Shown here: piece by piece, positions 54,046 through 63,532 of the stretch
Layout: each line of letters starts with the position of its first letter
Numbering within the stretch: the stretch's first letter is position 1
Assembly: GCA_902788485.1 (NCBI GenBank)
Contig: CADAKI010000003.1
Coordinates: forward strand, 5,032-69,031
DNA: 64,000 bases
Direction of reading: 5' to 3'
From: an uncultured Pseudomonadota bacterium
GTDB lineage: Bacteria > Pseudomonadota > Alphaproteobacteria > Rs-D84
Program-made: the position numbers and the translations under genes
The notes under the pieces: model-generated
Told to the model about the DNA's origin: nothing
Seen by the model: only the letters and a program-made list of their open reading frames with translations
The model's database searches: none

Positions 54046-56316
54046 ATGAAAAAAAATAATTTAGTTTTATCTGTATTTGGTGCGACGTGTTTTGTGTTGC
54101 CGGCAACGGCGGTGACAATTTCGCGTGTGGATGTAAATGGTATAAAACGCATGGATGCGGAATCTGTGCGAATTTTGGCGGGCGTCAAGGTTGGCGACAA
54201 TGTGGGCGCGGCGCGCACAAACGAAATTACAAAAAAATTACAAGACAGTGGATATTTTTCCAACATCAATGTATCGTTGGTTGGAAATGTTTTAAAAATC
54301 AATGTGACCGAAGCACCGGTCGTATCAACCATCACGGTCGAGGGCAATGACGAAATTTCCACAGATGACTTGAAAAAAGAAATTCGGTTAAAAGAACGCG
54401 CGTCTTATGATGAAACTGTTATCGGTTCTGATGTGCAACGGTTGTTGACAATATATCAACGCAAGGGTTTTTTTGGCACAAAAATAAATCCGAAAAAAAT
54501 CGAATTGGATAACAATCGTGTCAATGTCGTATATGAAATTACCGAAGGTCATCCAACATATATTTCCGATATAGATTTTTCTGGAAATAAAAAATTTAGT
54601 AATCGCACTTTGCGCGGGGAAATATTATCACGCGAGCATGCGTGGTGGCGATTTATGAGTCAATTTGATGTTTTCGACGAAGACAGAATACAATATGATG
54701 GACAATTATTACGACAATTTTATTTGCGCAATGGCTATGCCGATGCAAATGTGACCAGTATCAACGGTCGGTTCACCCCAACCCGTGAATATTATTCGGT
54801 TGTGTTTAATATTGACGAGGGTGAAAAATATAAATTCGGCAAACTAAACATTGATAATCCGTTCCCAGATGTGCCAAACGAAAAATTGTATGATGTTATA
54901 AAAATGGATGCGGGTGACACATACAATATCGATTTGGTCGAAGAAACGGTGTCTGCCTTGCGTGGTGCGGTTGCCGATTATGGATACGCATTTATAAACG
55001 TTGAACCGATACCGGTCAAAGATGATGCCGCGCGCACAATATCAATGACATTTAAAATTGAAAAAACAAATCGCATTTATTTGAATTCTATAAATATTTT
55101 GGGGAATGTTCGCACATTTGACAGTGTGATTGAACAATCATTGCCCATGCGTGCGGGCGACCCTTTCTCATTACAAACAATCGAAGAAGGTCGTCAAAAC
55201 TTGATGCATACGCGTTATTTCAAAAATGTGCAAATGGTGCCATCAAAAATTGCCGACGCAAACATGATGAATTTGGATGTTAAATTAGAAGAACAACCAA
55301 CCGGTGAATTATCGGGCGGTGTGGGTTGGTCAAACATCAATGGATTTATGGTCGATGCGGGCATTACCGAAAATAACTTTATGGGACGCGGTCAAATCGT
55401 TCAGATTAAGGGTTCAATCGCACAATATCAAAAACAAGCGTTATTCAGTTTCACAGAACCATATTTGTTTGGTCGTGCATTGTCTGGTGGTGTGGATGTC
55501 GCGTATACTATGTATGATTACAATGGATTGACCGGTTTGGATTACGATCGTGATTCTTTGACAATATCGGGACGTTTGGGATGGAAATTGACCGACCATT
55601 GGTCTCAGAACATGCGTTTGTCGGCGGCATTTGATCAAAACAGCGACCCACAACAAGGTGGTGGCATGATTCATGCACGATTGTATTCGTTGGGAACGTC
55701 ATTTAAATATTATAACCTGGAAACAAATTTTGAACAAAACACTCATACCGGGTTGGTTGGTAATATTGGCACAACATATACCGGATTTGGTGGGTCAACC
55801 ACATATATGCGGTATTATGGTGACCTGACCGCGATGGTGAAATTTTTGGACGACCGGTGGCAATTAAAATCCTCGATTGAGGGTGGGTATATACAACCGA
55901 TTGGCGACGATTATATACCACGTGTATATCGATATTTCTTGGGGGGTGAATCTTTGCGTGGTTTTGATGTTGCGGGCGTGGGGCGCATTGGGCAGAATTC
56001 TTATTCATTGGGTGGATTATGGAAGGTTAACGGTTCCACCCAATTAAATTTCCCGGTGTTTATCCCCGATGAATACCAGGTCAAAGGATTTGTATTTACC
56101 GATTATGGTATCTTGGGTGACCCGGATGTTCCACATGGTAAAGAAAACGCGCCATATTTGAAAAATATTGGTTCGGGATGGCGGACATCGGTCGGTTTTG
56201 GTGTGTATTGGAATACGCCGATGGGCCCAATGAATTTCAGTTGGGGTTGGCCATTAAAAATTGATAAAAATGATAAAGAACGGCGATTCTTGTTATCATT
56301 TGAAACACAGTTTTAA
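54046..56316 (+). CDS. bamA: outer membrane protein assembly factor BamA
   Basis: POTRA repeats (I..I.V.GN......I......G) and a C-terminal barrel ending ..FLLSFETQF. Follows rseP. Confidence 0.95.
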   Translation: MKKNNLVLSVFGATCFVLPATAVTISRVDVNGIKRMDAESVRILAGVKVGDNVGAARTNEITKKLQDSGYFSNINVSLVGNVLKINVTEAPVVSTITVEGNDEISTDDLKKEIRLKERASYDETVIGSDVQRLLTIYQRKGFFGTKINPKKIELDNNRVNVVYEITEGHPTYISDIDFSGNKKFSNRTLRGEILSREHAWWRFMSQFDVFDEDRIQYDGQLLRQFYLRNGYADANVTSINGRFTPTREYYSVVFNIDEGEKYKFGKLNIDNPFPDVPNEKLYDVIKMDAGDTYNIDLVEETVSALRGAVADYGYAFINVEPIPVKDDAARTISMTFKIEKTNRIYLNSINILGNVRTFDSVIEQSLPMRAGDPFSLQTIEEGRQNLMHTRYFKNVQMVPSKIADANMMNLDVKLEEQPTGELSGGVGWSNINGFMVDAGITENNFMGRGQIVQIKGSIAQYQKQALFSFTEPYLFGRALSGGVDVAYTMYDYNGLTGLDYDRDSLTISGRLGWKLTDHWSQNMRLSAAFDQNSDPQQGGGMIHARLYSLGTSFKYYNLETNFEQNTHTGLVGNIGTTYTGFGGSTTYMRYYGDLTAMVKFLDDRWQLKSSIEGGYIQPIGDDYIPRVYRYFLGGESLRGFDVAGVGRIGQNSYSLGGLWKVNGSTQLNFPVFIPDEYQVKGFVFTDYGILGDPDVPHGKENAPYLKNIGSGWRTSVGFGVYWNTPMGPMNFSWGWPLKIDKNDKERRFLLSFETQF

Positions 56317-56344
56317 AAAACTGGGCAATGCCCAGTTTTTTTTA
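56315..56344. terminator. bidirectional terminator after bamA
   Basis: actgggc-aatg-cccagt hairpin with A6 upstream and T9 downstream. Confidence 0.85.
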
Positions 56345-56932
56345 TCGCGTGCGGGATTTGACCAATTTTATTAAATCCATATTTGGTTTATCATCACGCG
56401 GCATTGTAATATAATCAATATTCACGCGCGATGCCGCAAAATCATCCATTGTACATGTGTTCGTACGACGCACCGCCATATCATTTTTCATAACCGCGCG
56501 TTGTTGTGCTATTTCAAAATTGTCCAGTTCTGTTGTAAAATATGCAACACGAAAATCGTATTGATTGTGCAAATTGCGCGCAATAAACCAGTCCATCAAT
56601 TCGCGCGTATATCGTGGTTGAATTACATCATAAATTAAATCTTGGCCAATATGATTTTTTATTTCAAATTCAGGAACGCCATATAACCATTTCGCATCGC
56701 CCGGTTTCCAAAAATCACGATTCACAAACAAATATGTTGCAAATTTTTCGGTGGCAAAATATTTTTCATCACGAAAATAATATGAAACGCCGTCTGTTTC
56801 TTCGGCGCGGCGTGCGCGGGTTGTCGCCGATATCAGATTATGAAAACCGTTTGGTATTGCGTATGTGTTTATAAATGTCGTTTTACCCGTCCCCGACAAT
56901 CCATTGCAGAAAAGAAGAATATTTTTATACAT
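56342..56932 (-). CDS. guanylate-kinase-fold P-loop protein (divergent)
   Basis: GLSGTGKTT P-loop followed by SATTRARRAEETDGVSYYF, which resembles the GMP-binding S.TTR.pR.gE.dG.dY.F motif. The C-terminal half is not recognisable. Confidence 0.5.
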   Translation of the reverse strand: MYKNILLFCNGLSGTGKTTFINTYAIPNGFHNLISATTRARRAEETDGVSYYFRDEKYFATEKFATYLFVNRDFWKPGDAKWLYGVPEFEIKNHIGQDLIYDVIQPRYTRELMDWFIARNLHNQYDFRVAYFTTELDNFEIAQQRAVMKNDMAVRRTNTCTMDDFAASRVNIDYITMPRDDKPNMDLIKLVKSRTR

Positions 56933-56944
56933 ATGATTTTTCTT

Positions 56945-59041
56945 TTAATCTTCTTCCAAGAAACTGCGTAATTTACGGGCGCGGGTTGGGTGTTTCAATT
57001 TATTCAATGCCTTTTGTTCAATTTGGCGGATGCGTTCACGCGTCACACCGATGTATTCACCAACCTCTTCCAATGTGCAAGTTTTATTCGTACTCATTCC
57101 GAAGCGTTGACGCAAAACCGTTTCTTCTTTGGGATCCAATTCTGACAAAATTTGTGTGACAATCTTGCGCAAATTTTTTTGCGCCGCAGATACAAACGGA
57201 TTTTTCGCCGTTTCGTCTGCAATGATTTCCAAACGAGAACTGTCGTCTTCGGTGCCAACCGGTGCCTCGAGTGATATTGGTTTCAAGTTCACCTTCATTG
57301 CCTTGTGTATTTTATCAACCGGCAAATAGATAATTTTCGATAATTCTTCGGCGGTTGGCGCACGACCATATTTGTGCATAAATTGGCGCGTGGCGCGTTG
57401 AATTTTGTGGATGTTATCAATCATATGCACCGGGATACGAATTGTGCGGGCCTGGTCGGCGATACTGCGCGAGATACCTTGTTGTATCCAGTTTGTGGCA
57501 TATGTTGAAAATTTATTACCCAAACGATAATCGAATTTATCCACGGCCTTCATCAAACCAATATTGCCGTCTTGGACCAAATCAGAAAAATCCAATCCCA
57601 AACCGCGATTGCTGGATTTTTTCGCAAATTTAATAACCAAACGCAGGTTCGCCTCGATCATTTCGCGTTTTGCACGGGCGGCCTCGCTCTGACCACGACG
57701 AACCAGTTCTACAACCTTTTTATATTCGGATGTCGGTTGCCCTGTTTCGTTTGCAATGTTTGTGATATCTTCTTGGATTTTTAAAATTTCTTTTTCACAT
57801 TTTTTTGCAAAGTTCGCCCACACCGGATTTTTATGTTTTTGTAATTTTTTAACCCAGTTTTTATTGATTTCATTTCCGGTGTATTCCGCCAAGAAATCTT
57901 CGCGTTTAACCTTGTTCGCCATCGCCAAACGCAATAATTTACCTTCAAGTCCCATTAACAGTTGGTCGCGTTTGGTTAATTGTTCCAAAATTTCCGCGAT
58001 ACGGTCATCGTTCAGACGGATTTTACTGACATTTTCGAATAATTCCAAACGCATTTTATTGTATTTCTTTTCTAATTCTTCATCCGGTTTATTTGATGTC
58101 AGCAAGTTTGCCAAACGGTTCGCCTGGAGTTTTTGCATACTGTTGAAAATGCGTTTGATTTTGGCAAACAAATCCAAAATCATTGGCATCAATGAATCTT
58201 CCATCACGGGAATTGGCACACCGGACGAACCACGTGGGGTTTCTTCTTTTTTGACGCCATCTTCGTCTTCATCATCGTCGTCGTCATCGTCATCATCGTC
58301 CGTCAAAGCGGTGGATTCTTCCAAATCATCCAAATCATCATCATTCAATTCATCGACATGTTCGACGCCCTTGGATTTTAATGTTTCAGATATCGCCGCC
58401 AAAGATTTTTGTTCGGATTCAGATGAATACATCACTTCCAAATTTATGATATAACGCAAACGGATATCTTCATTTAATAATTGTTGATACCAATCCAACA
58501 TTGCCTGGATTGTCATTGGACTTTCGCACAGGCCGTAAACCATTAAACGAGATGCCGCCTCAATTCGTTGGGCGATTGCAACCTCGCCAGCGGCGGTCAA
58601 CAGTTGCACCGTACCAATTTGTTTCAAATATGATTGGACAGAATCTTGGACACCCAATACCAACGAACCTGTTTGACTGCGTTCCAATTGTTTTGCGTAA
58701 TGATCGTAATCGTCATCGTTGACATCAACCTGCTCTGCGGCGTTATTCAGCAAATCACGCGTTTTATCGGTTGGGCCATCATCGTCTTCTTCGGCCTGGT
58801 AATAACGGTCCATATCTTTGGAAAAACTTTCAGATTCTACAACCTCCAGCCCCAGGTCTTGTTGAAAGAAATCCATAACCTCGGCCTGTTCATCATCGGG
58901 AACCTCGTCCAGGGTGGTGGCCTCGACAAAATCACTTTGCGAGAAATACCCGTTTTCTATTGATACGGTTGCCAGTTTTTGCAGATTTTCAGGCAACGAA
59001 TCAATCAACATCTTTGTTGCCGTGTCCAATTTTTTTGTCAT
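56945..59041 (-). CDS. rpoD: RNA polymerase sigma-70 factor RpoD
   Basis: [48 protein letters not shown] (regions 2.x), region 4.2 HTH, and an acidic non-conserved insert with a D9 run. Confidence 0.97.
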   Translation of the reverse strand: MTKKLDTATKMLIDSLPENLQKLATVSIENGYFSQSDFVEATTLDEVPDDEQAEVMDFFQQDLGLEVVESESFSKDMDRYYQAEEDDDGPTDKTRDLLNNAAEQVDVNDDDYDHYAKQLERSQTGSLVLGVQDSVQSYLKQIGTVQLLTAAGEVAIAQRIEAASRLMVYGLCESPMTIQAMLDWYQQLLNEDIRLRYIINLEVMYSSESEQKSLAAISETLKSKGVEHVDELNDDDLDDLEESTALTDDDDDDDDDDEDEDGVKKEETPRGSSGVPIPVMEDSLMPMILDLFAKIKRIFNSMQKLQANRLANLLTSNKPDEELEKKYNKMRLELFENVSKIRLNDDRIAEILEQLTKRDQLLMGLEGKLLRLAMANKVKREDFLAEYTGNEINKNWVKKLQKHKNPVWANFAKKCEKEILKIQEDITNIANETGQPTSEYKKVVELVRRGQSEAARAKREMIEANLRLVIKFAKKSSNRGLGLDFSDLVQDGNIGLMKAVDKFDYRLGNKFSTYATNWIQQGISRSIADQARTIRIPVHMIDNIHKIQRATRQFMHKYGRAPTAEELSKIIYLPVDKIHKAMKVNLKPISLEAPVGTEDDSSRLEIIADETAKNPFVSAAQKNLRKIVTQILSELDPKEETVLRQRFGMSTNKTCTLEEVGEYIGVTRERIRQIEQKALNKLKHPTRARKLRSFLEED

Positions 59042-59071
59042 CGACGAACCCCTGGATTCCAGATTTTTTAA

Positions 59072-59605
59072 TTATTTCGTTTTTTGCGCTTTTTTTTGTG
59101 CCTTGGTAACCTCGTCTTTCAAGACGCCTTCGGATACCAAGCCCAATGTAATCGGATTGCAAACATGAATATCAGAAAAATTTTTATATGTTTTGTTACG
59201 GACAGATGCAACCGTTGGATTCGTACTGCGCATCAGGCGTGCAACCGCACCATCGGATAATTCCGGATAATTTTTCAAAATCCATAAAATTCCGCCCATA
59301 CGATTTTGACGATGCAATTTCGGTGTGTAACCGCCGCCACGTTTATTTTTTTCCTGGGCATTGACGATTGTTTGACTCAACACCAATCGAACCGTTGGGT
59401 CGGCCTCGGCAGCGGCAATATTTTCACGGGTTAATTGACCGTTCAAAATTGGGTTTAAACCCTGCATTTTATGGTTTTCTGCGTCGGCGATGTTTTTAAC
59501 CTCTAACTCATGCATGCCGCAGAATTCAGCAATTTGTTCAAATGTCAATGATGTGTTTTCAATCAACCATAACGCGGTAGATTTTGGCATATACGGGTAA
59601 TTCAT
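59072..59605 (-). CDS. DUF1013-family protein (TrcR-like alphaproteobacterial regulator)
   Basis: MPKSTALWLIENTSLTFEQIAEFCGMHELEVKNIADAE matches my recollection of the DUF1013 N-terminus. Start set to ATG 59605, with an aagga SD. Confidence 0.7.
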   Translation of the reverse strand: MNYPYMPKSTALWLIENTSLTFEQIAEFCGMHELEVKNIADAENHKMQGLNPILNGQLTRENIAAAEADPTVRLVLSQTIVNAQEKNKRGGGYTPKLHRQNRMGGILWILKNYPELSDGAVARLMRSTNPTVASVRNKTYKNFSDIHVCNPITLGLVSEGVLKDEVTKAQKKAQKTK

Positions 59606-59697
59606 GAAAAATCCTTTTGTGTAACGGATTGGAATATAGCGCAAAAAAAGCCAATTTTCAAGTGCTTTTTTAATTTTTTTTAATGAAATTTTTCGGG

Positions 59698-60432
59698 TTA
59701 TTTGATGTTTTTAACTTTTTTTATTGCGCCGCCGTTCGCGTATAAATTTGACCGCGAATTCATAACAATGCGCATGTCCAGGCCACATAAAAATCCATAT
59801 CCCATCCATCCATTTAGTAAAAATGATTTCACGATTGAATTTCCTTCGTTGATATCGTTTGCGACAATGATATCTGAATTGCGATTTTGCGTGATTTTTT
59901 TAATATCGCGCGCACTTTGCGAAAAACAACAATCCATTTGAAAATCCGAAAAATCTGCGGCGTTGCCAAACAGGCGCGCACATTCGGTCACCAACAAGTG
60001 CGATGCGCATGCAGTCGGATTTTTGATATTAAAATGACCCGAGTGATTCAAAAATGTCACAATCGGACGATTTGTATCCAAAACATTCGTTTGCGCACAA
60101 AAATCCAGCGCATTTTTTGTGATTTTTACACGCGTTGGCAAATCGGGAAATTGGTTTAATGCCGCGTCTGTCACAATAAAATTTGACATGTTGTCCGGTG
60201 CCGTCGCGGGCCGTTCAAAGTAAAAACAATGTGATAAAAATCGCTTTTCCGGGTTAAAACGGCGCAAAATCGTGCGCAAAAAATCGTCAGAATTGATTAA
60301 TTCTTTGACAATGATATCGTCACGCGTTATATCGCCACCGCCCAACAATTCATTAAAATCAATCCATTGGTTTTCGGCATCATTTGCCGGAATATCTGTC
60401 AATTTTGTTTTGTCATAAATATGATAAATCAT
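59698..60432 (-). CDS. divergent phosphate acetyl/butyryl-transferase (PTA_PTB)-fold protein
   Basis: VTDAALNQ.P, PIVTFLNHSG and ANDINEGNSIVKSF resemble the PTA_PTB motifs DaavN.. / PkVAlLS / PdleaGNi.yK. Start set to ATG 60432. Confidence 0.45.
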   Translation of the reverse strand: MIYHIYDKTKLTDIPANDAENQWIDFNELLGGGDITRDDIIVKELINSDDFLRTILRRFNPEKRFLSHCFYFERPATAPDNMSNFIVTDAALNQFPDLPTRVKITKNALDFCAQTNVLDTNRPIVTFLNHSGHFNIKNPTACASHLLVTECARLFGNAADFSDFQMDCCFSQSARDIKKITQNRNSDIIVANDINEGNSIVKSFLLNGWMGYGFLCGLDMRIVMNSRSNLYANGGAIKKVKNIK

Positions 60433-60556
60433 ATCCGCCCTGCCTTTATTTATACATTTGCAACAATACAACCAATTCCGCCCAAATGTAAAGGAATAAA
60501 AAAACAGTTTGTTGACAATTATTAATTTGGGGTTATAATACTAAAAAAAGGTTTAT

Positions 60557-61384
60557 ATGATGAATCTGGCACCAAATGCAACAGATGCAGTAAGAGAAAT
60601 TTTTGCCGACCAAGAAAGATGCGGTCACATGTGTTTTAATCACCGCAAGGCGGTTTTGTTTTCTAAATATACGCCGGCATATATTGTATCAAACGAAAAT
60701 GTGCATGATGTTGTGCAACGATTTATGCCAAAGCAGACACACAACGCGCTGACGGTGGCGGCATCGGGCGATCATCCATTGATTTGCAAACTGTATGGGG
60801 CGAAAAATGTTAAAACATTTGATATTTCTTATAATGCCAAGGTTTTGATGGATATAAAATCTGCGGCAGTGCCCATTTTGAACATTGGCGAATATTCAAA
60901 CCTGTTAGAAAATTTATACAAAAACCCACGATTGTTAAGCGTTCCGCAAATGGATAAAATTATGCCCAGATTAACACCCGTGGTTCGACAATATATACGC
61001 GACACAAATGGTGTGCGTTTATTTTCCAAAGGTTTTGGTCCACAATCATATATGCGTTATGCACTGATGCCGACAGAGTATAAAACATTACAATCAAAAC
61101 TGACAAAATCGTTTGATTTCACATGGTCTGATATAACAGATTTGAATTTGTATGAAATGTACGATTTTATGCATTTATCAAATGTAATGGATTATGTTGA
61201 ATACGATGATTTGGCGCCAATATTGAAAAAAATGCAAAACTATACAAATGTCGGTGGACGCATTGTGATTGATTCTTTGGTTGACAGATATACCAGAATC
61301 TGGCTGAGGGATGCAGTATCAAAACAGAACAACTGGAAAATATATACATATACACATGTTAGCGTTTTGGAACGCATCAGATAA
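60557..61384 (+). CDS. hypothetical protein, possibly a SAM-methyltransferase-fold/DUF3419-like protein (tentative)
   Basis: ALTVAASGDHPLICKLYGAKNVKTFDISYNAKVLMDIKSAAV resembles a Rossmann motif-I region as in DUF3419/BtaA-like proteins. This is a weak recollection. Confidence 0.4.
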   Translation: MMNLAPNATDAVREIFADQERCGHMCFNHRKAVLFSKYTPAYIVSNENVHDVVQRFMPKQTHNALTVAASGDHPLICKLYGAKNVKTFDISYNAKVLMDIKSAAVPILNIGEYSNLLENLYKNPRLLSVPQMDKIMPRLTPVVRQYIRDTNGVRLFSKGFGPQSYMRYALMPTEYKTLQSKLTKSFDFTWSDITDLNLYEMYDFMHLSNVMDYVEYDDLAPILKKMQNYTNVGGRIVIDSLVDRYTRIWLRDAVSKQNNWKIYTYTHVSVLERIR

Positions 61385-61388
61385 ATAA

Positions 61389-61420
61389 ACCGCCCAAAAA
61401 TTGGGCGGTTTAAGATTTTA
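61389..61420 (+). terminator. intrinsic terminator
   Basis: accgccca-aaaa-ttgggcggt hairpin followed by a T-rich tail. Confidence 0.7.
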
Positions 61421-61480
61421 ATTCCGTGGTAAAATTATAATTTTGACAGTATTGGATGTGTTTATCTTAATACGCAACAA

Positions 61481-61712
61481 CAGTCGAAGGGGTGCCTCGA
61501 TACGCAATAATAAAAATCAAAAAAATCTGCCCGCTGTTGATTTTTTTAGATTTTTCTAATTGTGTATTCTCGTATTGGTCATGCGTGCATTGTGTGCTAT
61601 CGCACACAAAAACTTCGTTTTCAAACGACACATTTTGTGCCGTTTGCACTCTGACCGATCCCTTCGACCCGCAACACAAAAATAAAACGCCCGAATGGGC
61701 GTTTGATTTTTG
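61481..61712 (-). repeat. tRNA-Ser-associated element B, homologous to element A
   Basis: Module 61495-61578 is nearly identical to 50407-50490 outside a 14-nt variable loop. A 9-11-mer of the tRNA-Ser T-stem/acceptor (gtcgaaggg) recurs directly at 61483-61491 and inverted at 61660-61668. Its own terminator is at 61686-61703. Confidence 0.55.
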
Positions 61713-61803
61713 TGGCGGAGTCGAAGGGATTCGAACCCTTGATACCGTTGCCGGTATACCACATTTCCAATGTGGCGCACTAGACCAACTATGCGACGAC
61801 TCC
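61713..61803 (-). tRNA. tRNA-Ser (anticodon GGA), long variable arm, CCA encoded
   Basis: Reverse complement: GGAGTCG acceptor, anticodon arm CCACA-TTGGAAA-TGTGG, 18-nt variable arm, T arm AAGGG-TTCGAAT-CCCTT, then CGACTCC-G-CCA. Confidence 0.92.
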
Positions 61804-61813
61804 GGATATAAAA

Positions 61814-62200
61814 TTATTCTTCGTCGGCAGCATCCGGGATATCGTCAGAATCCTCGCCGGCAATAATTTCAGAATCATCCAACAATGCGTTTTCCAATTC
61901 CGCATCAATTTCTCGCAATTCGGGATCAGTGGATTCAACCTCTAAACTCTGTTCCGATGCATCCGTAATCGGAGAATCCTTGTACGATTGGACAAATTCA
62001 TGGCGAACGTTCGCAACATCTAATTTACCACTGGCAATTTCACGCAGTGCCACAACCGTCAATTTATCACGACCATCATTATTATCAACCACAGGTGTCG
62101 CCCCACCGTTCAAATCACGAACACGTTGAGATGCCAACATGCCCAATTCATAACGACTGTCAACATATGGTAATGTGTCAGAAATTGTTGTACGTGCCAT
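61814..62200 (-). CDS. rpoZ: RNA polymerase omega subunit
   Basis: MARTTI.D.L..V.SRYEL...AS.R.R.L and ..LTVVALREIA.GK. Acidic C-terminal extension. Confidence 0.9.
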   Translation of the reverse strand: MARTTISDTLPYVDSRYELGMLASQRVRDLNGGATPVVDNNDGRDKLTVVALREIASGKLDVANVRHEFVQSYKDSPITDASEQSLEVESTDPELREIDAELENALLDDSEIIAGEDSDDIPDAADEE

Positions 62201-62253
62201 TTTAAATCCTTTGTTGAATTTTTTTTTAGTTAAGTTATAATGCCACCAGGATA

Positions 62254-63486
62254 TTGAAAATGCAAGAAAAAAATATAAAATCTTTGTCGTTTGGATGCCG
62301 TTTGAATGCGTTAGAGTGTGAAAAAATCAAAAATATTATATCCAATTGCGTAGATACGGCGGTTATTGTGAATACCTGTGCCGTCACGGCCGAGGCCGAA
62401 CGCCAATCTGCACAATCTGTGCGACGCGTGGCGCGGGAAAATCCAAATGTGCCGATTTTTGTGACCGGGTGTGGTGCAACACGAAATCCGGCATTGTTCC
62501 AACAAATTCCAAATACAATCGTTATTCCAAATTCTGACAAGATGAATCCGGCGCCGTATATTGACGGATTGGCAAAAATAAATACAGATGGGAAAATTGT
62601 AAAATTCGCGCATGAAACACCGGAATTGTCCAAGCAATTTATTCAAATCCAAAATGGTTGCAATCATAAATGCACATATTGCGTGACGCGTTTGCTGCGT
62701 GGGCCGGCGGTGTCGTTTCCATACGAAAACATTTTGGCGGACGCGCGGGCGGCGGTAGAACGCGGATTTTTCGAAATTGTGATTACCGGCGTTGACAGTG
62801 CATCATATGCATATCGCGATGGGGACAAGGTTTTATTTATATCCGATGTTTGCGAAATGCTGTTGCGGGATGTACCGGAAATTCGCCGCTTGCGCATTTC
62901 ATCACTGGACCCGGCATCGCCGCAAATTTTCAAAATTATCGATTTAATTCATCGTGACAACCGCATGATGCCGCATCTACATTTATCTATGCAATCGGGG
63001 TCGGATACGATTTTGTCCGATATGGCGCGGCGGCATAATGCCGATATGGTGCGTAAAATTGTTGCGGCGGCGGATGGCATTACATTTGGTTGGGATATAA
63101 TTTGCGGTTTTCCGGGTGAATCTGATGAATTATTCAACGAGACACTGGATTTGGCACGGGAATTAAAAACAATTAAAATTCACGCATTTCCATATTCGCC
63201 CCGCCCCGGCACCACAGCCGCCGTTATGCCAAACCAAATTCCGCGCAATATTTCCAAGGCGCGTGTTCATAAAATCACTAAATTGGCAGATAAAAACCTT
63301 TCTGCATACGCGGCAATACAAATCGGTAAAACCGTATCGTGCCTGGTCGAGAATAATAATATTGGTCGCACACCCGATGATATAGATGTTGTAATTTTTG
63401 GCGCACCGATTTTGCCCCGCACGATTTGCAATGTAAAACTAACCGGCGTTGAAAACGGTGTATTTATCGGCGAAAAAGTTTTATAA
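62254..63486 (+). CDS. mtaB: radical-SAM methylthiotransferase, MtaB-like (MiaB family)
   Basis: N-terminal FGCRLNALE..NTCAVT (UPF0004 Cys triad), radical-SAM CNHKCTYC, and a C-terminal TRAM-like segment. Confidence 0.85.
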   Translation: MKMQEKNIKSLSFGCRLNALECEKIKNIISNCVDTAVIVNTCAVTAEAERQSAQSVRRVARENPNVPIFVTGCGATRNPALFQQIPNTIVIPNSDKMNPAPYIDGLAKINTDGKIVKFAHETPELSKQFIQIQNGCNHKCTYCVTRLLRGPAVSFPYENILADARAAVERGFFEIVITGVDSASYAYRDGDKVLFISDVCEMLLRDVPEIRRLRISSLDPASPQIFKIIDLIHRDNRMMPHLHLSMQSGSDTILSDMARRHNADMVRKIVAAADGITFGWDIICGFPGESDELFNETLDLARELKTIKIHAFPYSPRPGTTAAVMPNQIPRNISKARVHKITKLADKNLSAYAAIQIGKTVSCLVENNNIGRTPDDIDVVIFGAPILPRTICNVKLTGVENGVFIGEKVL

Positions 63487-63532
63487 AAAAATATTGGAAA
63501 ATCGCAATAAAATTGTTTAAGATTTGCGTGTT

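Noticed and set aside
59666-59683. A TTAA-N-TTAA motif upstream of the DUF1013/TrcR-like gene, considered as a CtrA box.
   Set aside because: Counting gives TTAA-N6-TTAA, whereas the CtrA consensus needs N7. The motif also lies in a poly-T/A tract where such matches are expected by chance.
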